From NCBI GenBank assembly GCA_963848295.1, contig CAWKDB010000010.1, forward strand, positions 2,816,001 to 2,880,000: 64,000 nucleotides of DNA, written 5' to 3'. Each line of letters opens with the position of its first letter. Positions within the stretch are counted from its first letter, which is position 1. The translations under genes were made by a program, and so were the position numbers. Below are positions 10,317 to 20,654 of the stretch, piece after piece. This stretch comes from an uncultured delta proteobacterium. GTDB lineage: Bacteria; Myxococcota_A; Polyangia; Haliangiales; Haliangiaceae. Below the pieces are notes generated by a model. The model did not search any database. It saw nothing but the letters and a program-made list of their open reading frames with translations, and was not told the origin of the DNA.

Positions 10317-10380
10317 GGGGACGGAGTAACTTTTGACACCTTGCTCGCCGGCGGAAGGTGTCAAAGGTTACTCCGTCCCC
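10317..10380. repeat. 26-bp inverted repeat (REP-like family A, divergent variant)
   Basis: GGGGACGGAGTAACTTTTGACACCTT / AAGGTGTCAAAGGTTACTCCGTCCCC, one mismatch, 12-nt loop, just downstream of the gatB stop. Confidence 0.85.
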
Positions 10381-10391
10381 GGGTAAGTGGT

Positions 10392-11836
<1,445 letters not shown>

Positions 11837-11837
11837 C

Positions 11838-11948
11838 GCTCGCCTCGCTCGGCCTCGCGGGCGCTGCCCCGCAGGCTCGCTGCGCTCGCGACTGCTGCCC
11901 CGCTCGGCCGCCGCCTCGCTGCGCTCGACGGACCGCTCGGCTCGCGGG
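11838..11948. repeat. GC-rich REP-like insert between gatA and gatB
   Basis: Two units of CTGCCCCGC...CTCGCTGCGCTCG in a 110-bp spacer. Confidence 0.5.
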
Positions 11949-13407
11949 TCACGCCGCCGGCTCCGGTGGTCGACCGATGTCACCGACCGCGGCTTCGATC
12001 GCAGCGGCCGCGCGCAATAACGTGGGCTCGTCGAGCGGCTTGCCGAGCAGCTGCGCGCCGATCGGCAGGCGCTCGCTGGTGAGGCCGCACGGCACGCTGA
12101 TGCCCGGCAGCCCTGCGAGGTTGCACGACAGCGTGAACACGTCGCCGAGGTACATGTCGAGCGGGCTCGCCTTCGCGCCGAACGCGATACGCGGCGGTCG
12201 GCGTCGTCGGGGTGAGGATGACATCGCAATAGTGGAACGCCTTGTCGAAGTCGCGCTTGATCAGCGTGCGCACCTGCTGCGCCTTCTTGTAGTACGCGTC
12301 GTAGTAGCCGGAGCGCAGCGCGTACGTGCCGAGCATGATCCGGCGCTTGACCTCGGGGCCGAAGCCGGCGCCGCGCGACTTGCGATAGAGCTCGAGCAGA
12401 TCGCTCGCCGGCTCGCGATGGCCGTAGCGGACGCCGTCGTAGCGCGCGAGGTTCGACGACGCCTCGGCCGGCGCGACGATGTAGTACGCGGCGAGCGCGA
12501 GGTGGGTGTGCGGCAGCGAGATGTCGATGATCTCGGCGCCGCGATCGCGGAGTGCAGCGATCGCGCGATCGACGCCGGCGCGGACTTCGGGATCGAAATC
12601 TCCTGGTGCCCCGTCGAAGTACTCGTGCGGCAAGCCGACGCGCAGCGCCCTTGACGTCGCCCGAGCGGACACGGCGGCACCTTCTCGTCGAGCGAGGTCG
12701 CGTCGCGCGGATCGAAGCCGGCGATCGCTTCGAAGATCAACGCGGCGTCTTCGACCGTGCGCGCGAGCGGCCCGACCTGATCGAGCGACGACGCGAACGC
12801 GACGACGCCGTAGCGCGACACCCGCCCGTACGTCGGCTTCAGGCCGACGACGCCGCAGAACGCGGCCGGTTGCCGGATCGAGCCGCCGGTGTCGGTGCCG
12901 AGGCTCGCGGCGCCGAGCCGAGCCGCGACCGCCGCCGAGCTGCCGCCCGAGCTGCCGCCCGGCACGCGCGTCGGATCCCACGGATTCTTCGTCGGCGGAA
13001 CGCGCTGCGCTCGGTCGAAGAGCCCATCGCGAACTCGTCGCAGTTGACCTTGCCGAGCACGATCGCGCCGGCCGCGCGCAGCTTCTCGACGACGGTCGCG
13101 TCGTACGGCGGGATCCAGCCGGCGAGCATCTTCGAGCCGGCGGTGGTCGCGACGCCCTTGCGTGACGATCACGTCCTTCAACGAGATCGGCACGCCGGCG
13201 AGCTGCGGCAACGGCGCGCGTGCCTCGCGCATGCGATCGACGACGTCGGCCGCGGCGCGCGCACCGGCCTCGTCGATCGCGAGATACGCGCCGATCGCGC
13301 GATCGCACTTCGCGATCCGTGCGAGGTGCGCATCGACGACCGCCGCGGCGCTGTGCTCGTCCGGTCGCGATCGCACGCGCGGTCGCCGCGACCGTCAGCT
13401 CGATCAC
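11949..13407 (-). CDS. gatA: Glu-tRNA amidotransferase subunit A (several apparent frameshifts)
   Basis: Amidase signature [51 protein letters not shown], split across frames. Confidence 0.93.
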
Positions 13408-13698
13408 GAGTCGTGCCCCGGAATGATCGCGGGTACGACGAACTCATCGCCCGCGCGCGCCGGCGCTGCGCGCAGCGCATCGTCGACCGGCAGCGACGGC
13501 AGCGCGACGTCCGGGCGCAGCCGGAGATCGAGCGGCACCGCGTGGGTCATCGCCGGCACGTCCGTCGGTATCGACCGCCGCGAGCCGCGAGAAATGCTCG
13601 AGCACCGCCGTGAGCTCGCCCGCGATCTGATCGAGCTCGACCGGCTCGAGGTGCAGCCGGGCGAGGAGCGCTAGCTGTTCGAGCTCGGCTCGCGTCAT
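13404..13698 (-). CDS. gatC: Amidotransferase subunit C (apparent frameshifts)
   Basis: [15 protein letters not shown] ... [12 protein letters not shown] overlap with the gatA start. Confidence 0.85.
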
Positions 13699-13744
13699 GT
13701 CACGGCGGCGGAGGGATGATAGCTCGGGCTGACGAGCCGACCCG

Positions 13745-14425
13745 CTAGATCGGCGCCGATCGCGAGGTAGTCGTCGGCGGCGCGGCCGGCGGCGACCGGG
13801 TCGCCGCTTCTCGATCGCAGCGATGATCGTCGCGATGATGCTTGCGCACGGCCTCGCCCGAGAACGCGAGGTTCGCGAGCAGCGGCATGAACCCGCGCAC
13901 GCCGTCGCGCACGGTGTTGATCAGCAGCAGCATGACTTGGTTGCCGGTCAGCTGCGCGAGCGCGACGTAGAACTCGAAGTCGAGCTCGAACAGCTCGAGC
14001 GTCGTCGCGGCGGCATCGGCGCGATCGGCGACCGCGCGCATCTTGGCGACGCTGTCTTTGCCGCGAGCGCGCCGCGAGCTTGCGCCATCTCGCGCCCGAA
14101 GATGCGACGGAACTCGAGCAGGTCGCGGATCATGTCGGGCTTGCCGCCGCCGATCGGCAGCAGGTGTTGCACGAGCTCGATCCCGCCGGTCTCCATGAAG
14201 TTCGGTGACGCGGGTGCCGTCGCCCTGGCGGATCCGGACGAGCCCGAGGTGCTCGAGCTTCTTCAGCGCCTCGCGCAGCGACGCGCGGTTGACCTTGAGC
14301 CGCTTCGATAGCTCGCGCTCCGGCGGCAGCTTGCTGCCCGGTGGGTACTGGCCGGTCAAAATCAGCGAACGCAGCTGCTCCGTGATCTCTTCTGCGACCC
14401 GCTGTTTCTCCACCGGTTTGAGCAT
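13745..14425 (-). CDS. GntR/FadR family transcriptional regulator (apparent frameshifts)
   Basis: HTH KLPPERELSKRLKVNRASLREALKKL, FCD-like C-terminus DFEFYVALAQLTGNQVM. Confidence 0.88.
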   Translation of the reverse strand: MLKPVEKQRVAEEITEQLRSLILTGQYPPGSKLPPERELSKRLKVNRASLREALKKLEHLGLVRIRQGDGTRVTELHGDRRDRARATPAADRRRQARHDPRPARVPSHLRARDGASSRRARGKDSVAKMRAVADRADAAATTLELFELDFEFYVALAQLTGNQVMLLLINTVRDGVRGFMPLLANLAFSGEAVRKHHRDDHRCDREAATRSPPAAPPTTTSRSAPI

Positions 14426-14523
14426 CCGCGACCGCCGCGAGCCTAACCCGGACGAGGCACAAAGATGAAGACCATGCGACGTCGGCTTGAGGCGGCGCGC
14501 CCTAGCGTGGTACCTGCTCGATC

Positions 14524-14817
14524 ATGTCGGGTCAGCCTGCGGTGAGCACGCCGCCTGCGCCTCGCGTGCTCGTCGTCGATGACGGCAAGCGCCTCGACGT
14601 GTTCGATGTCATCGGGATCACCGACGGTGTGGTCCGGGTCCGGTCGCCGTTCCTGTTCGAAATCGGCGAGGAGCTCAAGGTCCGGATCGAGCGCGAAGGC
14701 AGCGCCAGCGAGGCGGTCGCCCGGGTCCGCGCCCATGTCGGGCGACGGCGACGACAAGGTCACCGAGCTCGAGCTGTCCGAAGCAGACCGCCGCCGACCC
14801 GGATCGTGTCGGGATGA
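14524..14817 (+). CDS. Small PilZ-like beta-barrel protein (apparent indels)
   Basis: GVVRVRSPFLFEIGEELKVRIE...AVARVRAHV; the alternative frame continues with DKVTELEL. Confidence 0.5.
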   Translation: MSGQPAVSTPPAPRVLVVDDGKRLDVFDVIGITDGVVRVRSPFLFEIGEELKVRIEREGSASEAVARVRAHVGRRRRQGHRARAVRSRPPPTRIVSG

Positions 14818-15094
14818 CCATCGGCGGACCTCGACGAGGTGACCTACGACCTCGAGGTCGACGGCGAAGCAGGTTCGCCGCGAGACCGCCCGCGCAGTGT
14901 GGGAGCGCGCCGGCTGGGCGACGGTCGCGATCGCGTTTGCCGAGCGCGCCAAAGACGGCGGCTGGAACAGCAAGCTCGCGCTGCTCCGATTCCGCCGCAT
15001 CCACGACGCCTGGTCTCGCCAGAGTCACGTCACGCTCGGCGACGGCGAGGCGCGCGAGCTCGCGCACTTCGTCGATCGCTCGTTTCCGGCGTAA
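14814..15094 (+). CDS. Small hypothetical protein (apparent indels)
   Basis: Fragments TYDLEVDGE and WERAGWATVAIAFAER...LLRFRR in adjacent frames; ATGA-coupled. Confidence 0.5.
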
Positions 15095-15163
15095 TCGAAG
15101 CTTCATCGCGGCTTCATCGCACCTTCACGCGCCGGCGAACCCGCGCCGGCGAGCATCGAGGTC

Positions 15164-15853
15164 ATGCGGTGCGCGCTATGGCTGAGCCTGGTCGCGTGCA
15201 CGCCGTACAGCGAGGTCACGACGCTCGCGCTGCGCGATCCGAGTCAGGTCGCGGTCGCGATCGCCACGCCGAGCGGGCCGATCGAGCTCCTGCCCGACGG
15301 AGCGAGCCACGCCGACCTCCCGGCGACGAGCCCACCTTACATTGGAGTAGCGAGCAGCGAAGCCTGGATCGAGCGCGACGCGAGCCGGCTCGATGTCTGG
15401 TGTCCGCACTGCGGCGACGATAAGCGGCGCACGCCGATCCTCGGCAACCAACTGACCCTCGACGGCACGCTCGCGCTGGTCACGCACTCGGGCAACGACG
15501 TGCGCGCACACTTCGTCTTTCGCTCGACGCCGCACGTCGGCGCGCGACCGTTGCCGAGGCTCGCGCTCGAGCTCGTGACGCCGGCAGACAACGTCAGCTC
15601 GATCCGCTACGACCGCATCTACGACATCGAAGCCGGCGAACGCAGGTCGGGGCTCGGCAGCTTCGTGGTCATCGGAGCGTTGCTCGCGGTGGTCGGCACG
15701 ACGTTGATCGCGGTCGGTCACCACGACCACGAGAATGGGCTCGAGCTCGCCGGAATCGGCCCGTCCGCGGTCGGCGCCGGGCTGTTGCTCGCGGCCTACG
15801 GCCTGCGCGATGCGCCGCCGAGCACGTGGCGCGGCCGTCGCCACCGTCGCTGA
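15164..15853 (+). CDS. Hypothetical membrane lipoprotein
   Basis: Lipobox LVAC, two C-terminal TM helices. Confidence 0.6.
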   Translation: MRCALWLSLVACTPYSEVTTLALRDPSQVAVAIATPSGPIELLPDGASHADLPATSPPYIGVASSEAWIERDASRLDVWCPHCGDDKRRTPILGNQLTLDGTLALVTHSGNDVRAHFVFRSTPHVGARPLPRLALELVTPADNVSSIRYDRIYDIEAGERRSGLGSFVVIGALLAVVGTTLIAVGHHDHENGLELAGIGPSAVGAGLLLAAYGLRDAPPSTWRGRRHRR

Positions 15854-15884
15854 CGCTAGGCCGCCAGGAGCGGCACGAGGCGCG

Positions 15885-15968
15885 TCCCCGCTCAAGGGGA
15901 CCTCGCCGTGAGGAGTGGCCGTCCTTTGCTCCGCACGAACGGCCGATCGATCGACCGGCTCGGGTCCC
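15885..15968 (-). repeat. Single intergenic copy of the 84-bp REP-like family B
   Basis: Reverse complement GACCCGAGCCG...CGTGCGGAGCAAAGGACGGCC...CGGCGAGGTCCCCTTGAGCGGGG matches the unit repeated in tandem at 20769-21000. Confidence 0.8.
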
Positions 15969-15991
15969 GAAGCGCTTCGCGCTTCACCGTG

Positions 15992-18118
15992 CTAGCGCTT
16001 CGACTTGAGGCGCGATTCGAGGATCCGGACCTCCGCCTTCGCGTCGGCGTGGTGCGGCTTGTCCGCGAGGACGCGCTGGAAGATCTCGAGCGCTTCGCGT
16101 TCGCGGCCGAGCATGCGCTCGACTCGGCCGAGGTAGAACCGCGCGGTCACCGACTTCTCTGATTGCGCGGCGGCCTTCGACAGTTGGCCGCGCGTCGCGG
16201 CGGCGACCGCCATCTTGTCCGGCGCGGCGGCGAACTTCGACCACGCGAGCAGGGCGGTGTACTCGGACTCGTTCGGCTGGAGCTCGACCGCGGTCGTGAA
16301 CTCGGCGATCGCGGTGGTGAGCTGATCGCGGCGCAACGCCATCTCGCCGAGCTTGAACGCCTCTTCCGCGCGCATCACGCGCATCGCGAGTTGGTCGGCC
16401 TTGGCGTCCTCGGCGCGCACCGCCGCCTCGCCACCTCGCCGCAGCACGGTGACGTAGTCCGAGCGGCGCTGCGGATCGCTCAGGGTCGCGAACGCCGTGT
16501 TGATCGCCGCGAACAAGCGCTGTGCATCGCGGCGAGCATCGGGAATGCCGAGCGCCGCCAGCCGATCCGGGTGGAGCTTGCGCGCGAGCGTGAAGTACGC
16601 GCCGCGCACCGCGTCGGGCGCGCTGTCGACCGGCACCCCGAGCAGCGTGAAATAATCGGCTCCGCTATCGAGCCGCGGCACGAGCTCGACGATCAGCGCT
16701 TCGGTCTCGCGCGTCGCCGCACTATCGCGGCGGACCCGCGTGATCGGCGGTTGGCTCGACGAGCGCTGCGGTCGCGGCTTCGCCATCTGAGTCGGCGGCG
16801 CGCCACTCGGTGGGCGCAACCGCACGACGTCGTCACCGGTCGGCGTCGTCGCGAACGGGGGCGGTGTCGTGGTCCGCGACGCGGGTGGTCCGGTCAGCGC
16901 CCGGCCCATCGGCGGCGGCGTCGTCGTGCGCGACACCGATGGCGGGGTTGACGTCCGGCTGATCGGCGGCGGCGTCATCGTCCGCGAGACGGGCGGCGCG
17001 GTTGGCGTCCGGCCGATCGGCGGCGGTGTGGTCGTGCGCGACGGGGTCGGCGGGTTGTCGCGGCTCGACGCGCGGCTCATCACCGGCCGATCACCGGTCG
17101 CGGTACGCGCTTGCGTCGCCGGCGCGGTCGACCCGCTGGGCGCGCGCGGGGCCGCCGTCGCACCGCTGGTCGGGCTCGAGCCGCGAGGCCGCGGTACCGC
17201 CGTCGCACCGCTCGTCGGGCTCGAGCCGCGAGGCTGCCGTACCGCCGTCGCACCGCTCGTCGGGCTCGAGCCGCGCATCGCCACGGGAGCTCCGGTCGAC
17301 GCGCGGTCGCGCTGTAGCGTCGCACCGTCGGTCGGCTGATCGATCGGCGGTCGCGACGGCGGCTTGCGCAGCCGCGGGATCGCGGTCGTCGTGCGATTGA
17401 CCGGCTCGGTCGCGTCCGCCGCGCCGCACGACACCAGCGAGTACGCGATCGCGCGAATCGTGCGCCCGTCGACTTCGGGGTGCGCGAGCAGGACCTCGGC
17501 CAGATTCGCACCGTCGCGCAGCGCGACGACGACCGCTCGGTCGGTCTCGGAGAACCCGAACAGCGCGAGGTCGGGCGTCGCCTCCGGTCGGAGCTTGAAG
17601 TAGCCGCCCATCTGGCCGAGCTCGAGCGATAGGCGTTCTTCGACCAGGTTGTTGACCGCGCCGAGGTAGACGATCGTGCGGATATCGAGCTCGCCGCCGG
17701 AGATGATCGGCAAGGCGACCTGATCGTCGACGACAAACTCGCCGCGCTCGACCGAGAACGTGCGAGCCGCGCGCTGCGCATTGACGCGGCGGCGCAGCCG
17801 CTGGGCTTGCTCGGGCGATAGCTTCGCGAGCTCGGCGATCACGTCGACCTCGTCGCGGTCGGGCGCCGTCGCGAGCCGGCGCGCGATCTCGCCGACCTGG
17901 CTGGACGACACGAGGTGGCTGGTCAACGCGACGCGCGCCGCGGAATCACTCGCGAGTGGCGACGATGCACCGACGACGATGCCGCGGGCAAACGCGACGC
18001 AGTACGCCTTGCCGTCGCTGGTCAGCGTCAGCTGGCCCGACAACCCGCGCAGCGCGAGCGCACCGAGCGTGCGGCCCCACGGCCGGTCCGAGACGTTGCC
18101 GCGCGCGAGCTCGGTCAT
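15992..18118 (-). CDS. DUF4388-like N-terminus / Pro-Thr-rich linker / DnaJ domain / TPR protein
   Basis: J-domain DYFTLLGV...AYFTLARKLHPD...INTAFATLSDPQRRSDY, C-terminal TPRs; start at ATG 18118. Confidence 0.88.
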   Translation of the reverse strand: MTELARGNVSDRPWGRTLGALALRGLSGQLTLTSDGKAYCVAFARGIVVGASSPLASDSAARVALTSHLVSSSQVGEIARRLATAPDRDEVDVIAELAKLSPEQAQRLRRRVNAQRAARTFSVERGEFVVDDQVALPIISGGELDIRTIVYLGAVNNLVEERLSLELGQMGGYFKLRPEATPDLALFGFSETDRAVVVALRDGANLAEVLLAHPEVDGRTIRAIAYSLVSCGAADATEPVNRTTTAIPRLRKPPSRPPIDQPTDGATLQRDRASTGAPVAMRGSSPTSGATAVRQPRGSSPTSGATAVPRPRGSSPTSGATAAPRAPSGSTAPATQARTATGDRPVMSRASSRDNPPTPSRTTTPPPIGRTPTAPPVSRTMTPPPISRTSTPPSVSRTTTPPPMGRALTGPPASRTTTPPPFATTPTGDDVVRLRPPSGAPPTQMAKPRPQRSSSQPPITRVRRDSAATRETEALIVELVPRLDSGADYFTLLGVPVDSAPDAVRGAYFTLARKLHPDRLAALGIPDARRDAQRLFAAINTAFATLSDPQRRSDYVTVLRRGGEAAVRAEDAKADQLAMRVMRAEEAFKLGEMALRRDQLTTAIAEFTTAVELQPNESEYTALLAWSKFAAAPDKMAVAAATRGQLSKAAAQSEKSVTARFYLGRVERMLGREREALEIFQRVLADKPHHADAKAEVRILESRLKSKR

Positions 18119-18258
18119 CGCCGCCGCTTCCCCCACAGCCGGCGCCCCAGGTACGCGACTGCGCCTACCGCCACGACGACCACGACCAAGCCCACCAGCT
18201 CCGCGTTGCCTTCAGCGTAACCCCACCACGCTGCGACTACCCCGGTAGACCCGTTCAT
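18115..18258 (-). CDS. Small single-TM protein (47 aa)
   Basis: MNGSTGVVAAWWGYAEGNAELVGLVVVVVAVGAVAYLGRRLWGKRRR; ATGA overlap with the DnaJ-domain gene. Confidence 0.55.
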   Translation of the reverse strand: MNGSTGVVAAWWGYAEGNAELVGLVVVVVAVGAVAYLGRRLWGKRRR

Positions 18259-18321
18259 CCGACCAAGGATGGTGGGACCGGCAAGTGGAGTCAATCGCGG
18301 GACCGCTGCTAGAATCACCAC

Positions 18322-19116
18322 GTGAGCACCTCGTTTCCGCTCGATGGCGCCCGCGTTCGGTTCGCCGGCGACACGAATATCGGCCGCAAGCGCGACCACA
18401 ACGAGGACTCGATCTCGCTCCCCGAGACCGGCGAACGCCTCGCGATCGTGTGCGACGGCATGGGCGGTCACGCGTCCGGCGAGGTCGCGAGTCGGCTCGC
18501 GGTCGAGCTGATCGTCGATCACTTCACCGAGACCGGGCGCCAGCAAGTGCTGACCTGGCCGTACAAGGTCGACCGCGACATGCGCAAAGACGTCAATCGC
18601 ATGGTCACCGGGATCATGCTCGCGAACCTCGAGATCTGGGAGCGGTCGCAACGCGAGCAGCGGTTCAAGGGCATGGGCACGACCTGCGTCGCGCTGTATT
18701 TCCTCGACGACCATCTCGTGATCGGTCATGTCGGCGACAGTCGCTGCTATCGCGCGCGCGGCACCGAGATCACGCAGCTGACCGAGGATCATTCGCTGAT
18801 CAACGACTACATCCGGATGAAGCGGGTCACGCCGGAAGAAGCCGAGAACTGGCCGCACAAGAACGTGATCGTGCGCGCGCTCGGCATGAAGGAGACCGTC
18901 CAGGTCGATATCATCACCGAGCAGCCGCGAGTCGGCGACATCTACCTGATGTGCTCGGACGGGCTGACCGGCATGCTCAAGGACGACACGATCCAGCACG
19001 TGCTGATGACCGAGAAGGATCTCGATCGCGCGGCCGAGCGGCTGATCACCGCCGCGAACGAGGAAGGCGGCGTCGACAACATCTCGGTCGTGCTCGCGCG
19101 AGTCGAGGCGGCGTGA
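18322..19116 (+). CDS. PP2C-family Ser/Thr phosphatase (Stp1/IreP type)
   Basis: NEDS, CDGMGGH, GTT, HVGDSR, DHS, CSDGL, DN motifs. Confidence 0.96.
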   Translation: MSTSFPLDGARVRFAGDTNIGRKRDHNEDSISLPETGERLAIVCDGMGGHASGEVASRLAVELIVDHFTETGRQQVLTWPYKVDRDMRKDVNRMVTGIMLANLEIWERSQREQRFKGMGTTCVALYFLDDHLVIGHVGDSRCYRARGTEITQLTEDHSLINDYIRMKRVTPEEAENWPHKNVIVRALGMKETVQVDIITEQPRVGDIYLMCSDGLTGMLKDDTIQHVLMTEKDLDRAAERLITAANEEGGVDNISVVLARVEAA

Positions 19117-19481
19117 CCCGGGCGCTCGCGATCGCCGCCTGGCTGGTCGCGGCGGCGTGCGGCAAGTCCGATTCGGCGGCCAGGCCCGCGGTGGCGCAAG
19201 ATCGACCGCCGCCGATGTCAGAAGCCGAGCTGACCCGCGCGAACGACGCCTGCACCGACTACCTCGCGCGCGTGTGCAAGTGCGGCGAGACCGTCGAGGC
19301 GGCGAAGAAGATCTGCGCCGACAGCCAGGCCCTGCCCGCCGCGCTCAAGATGAGCGTCGATCTCGCGACCGCGACCGAAGCCGAGAAGCTCGACGTGCTA
19401 CGCGCGCAGACCAGCATCCGCCGGATCTCGAAGACCTGCATCGACGGGACCGCGCACCTGCCGGCGCTCGGCTGCCCGTGA
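19113..19481 (+). CDS. Cys-rich hypothetical lipoprotein
   Basis: GTG start overlapping the phosphatase stop; lipobox AAAC. Confidence 0.7.
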   Translation: MTRALAIAAWLVAAACGKSDSAARPAVAQDRPPPMSEAELTRANDACTDYLARVCKCGETVEAAKKICADSQALPAALKMSVDLATATEAEKLDVLRAQTSIRRISKTCIDGTAHLPALGCP

Positions 19482-19674
19482 TGGTGACGCTGTCTCTTTT
19501 GTCAATTTACGACACGCCACGAGGCGCTCCCCACGGGCTTCCGACGCGTTTCTGACCTGCTGCCGGCGTCCCCAAGTTGACAAAAGAGACAGCGTCACCA
19601 ATTCATAAATTCATATTCAATGATCCTGCGAGGTTGGGCGCGCATCGCTGGGTGACAATAGAGACAGCGTCCCC
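19482..19674. repeat. Cluster of three family-A repeats (one inverted, two direct)
   Basis: 19482-19505 TGGTGACGCTGTCTCTTTTGTCAA is the exact reverse complement of 19577-19600; third copy GGTGACAATAGAGACAGCGTCCCC at 19651-19674. Confidence 0.9.
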
Positions 19675-20609
19675 ACGATCGAGTCGCCGAGGTTGGTGGC
19701 GTCGGCGGTGGCGCCGGCCCACACGACGGTGCGGGTGAGCGAGCGGCTGGCGCGCGCGCCATCGCCGAGGATGGCGAAGGGGCCGACGGTGACGCCGGCG
19801 TCGATGATCGCACCGGCACCGAGCTTTACCGGCTCGACGATCGTTGCGCTCGGATGGATCCGCGCGGTTGGATCGATGCCGGTCAGGCGGGTCGGCGGAT
19901 GACGCAACGGCGCGCCGGCGAGGAGCGCCCAGTTGCTGTCGAGGTAGCGCTCGGGCGTCGAGTGCTCGGCGAAGTAGCCGTGGTCGTGCTCGTACGCCGC
20001 GACGCGACCGCCCGCGCGGAGCCACGGCAAGTAGCCCTGGCGGATCGAATCGCTCTCGCCATCCGGCAAGCGCGCCATGACCGAAGGCTTCGTGACGTGC
20101 ACGCCGCAGAACATGAAGTCGCCATCGCCAAGGATGTCGGCGACGCGGCCGTCGCGAACATCGACCGCGCCCCAGGTCTTTGCGTCCGGCACGCGGCGCA
20201 CGACCATCATGCCGAGCGGGTCGCCGGCGCGGTGATACGCGGCGACGAGCGCGCTGACATTGAGGTCGAAGATCAACTTGCCGTTCGCCGAGATAAACGG
20301 CTCGTCGCGACCGTCGGGATCGAGTAGCGGTAACGCGTGCTTGATCCCGCCGCCGGTGCCGAGCAGCTTCGGCTCGTGGATGTACTGGATGTGCGCGCCG
20401 AGCGGGCGGCCGTCGCCGAGCTCGCGCTCGATCAGCTCACCGTGATGGTGCGTGTTGATCACGAGCTCGGTGATGCCGTGCGCGACGAGGTTTGCGATCC
20501 CGTACGCTAGGATCGGTGTGCCGCACACCGGCAACATCGGCTTGGGACGCTCGGTTCCGAGCTTGCCGAGCCGCGTCGACAGGCCCGCGCACAACAGCAT
20601 CGCGCGCAT
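19617..20609 (-). CDS. Sugar-phosphate nucleotidyltransferase (mannose-1-P guanylyltransferase-like) with LbH domain
   Basis: MRAMLLCAGLSTRL...PKPMLPV, EPKLLGTGG, hexapeptide repeats. Confidence 0.9.
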   Translation of the reverse strand: MRAMLLCAGLSTRLGKLGTERPKPMLPVCGTPILAYGIANLVAHGITELVINTHHHGELIERELGDGRPLGAHIQYIHEPKLLGTGGGIKHALPLLDPDGRDEPFISANGKLIFDLNVSALVAAYHRAGDPLGMMVVRRVPDAKTWGAVDVRDGRVADILGDGDFMFCGVHVTKPSVMARLPDGESDSIRQGYLPWLRAGGRVAAYEHDHGYFAEHSTPERYLDSNWALLAGAPLRHPPTRLTGIDPTARIHPSATIVEPVKLGAGAIIDAGVTVGPFAILGDGARASRSLTRTVVWAGATADATNLGDSIVGTLSLLSPSDARPTSQDH

Positions 20610-20654
20610 CCCTGAAACGTGGCATAGGCGGCGGGGCCACGCTACCGTCGTGGT

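Noticed and set aside
19577..19674. Family-A doublets as bona fide CRISPR mini-arrays
   Set aside because: Only two direct repeats per locus, inverted copies also occur, spacers are partly related, and no cas genes are in the window; kept as REP-like.
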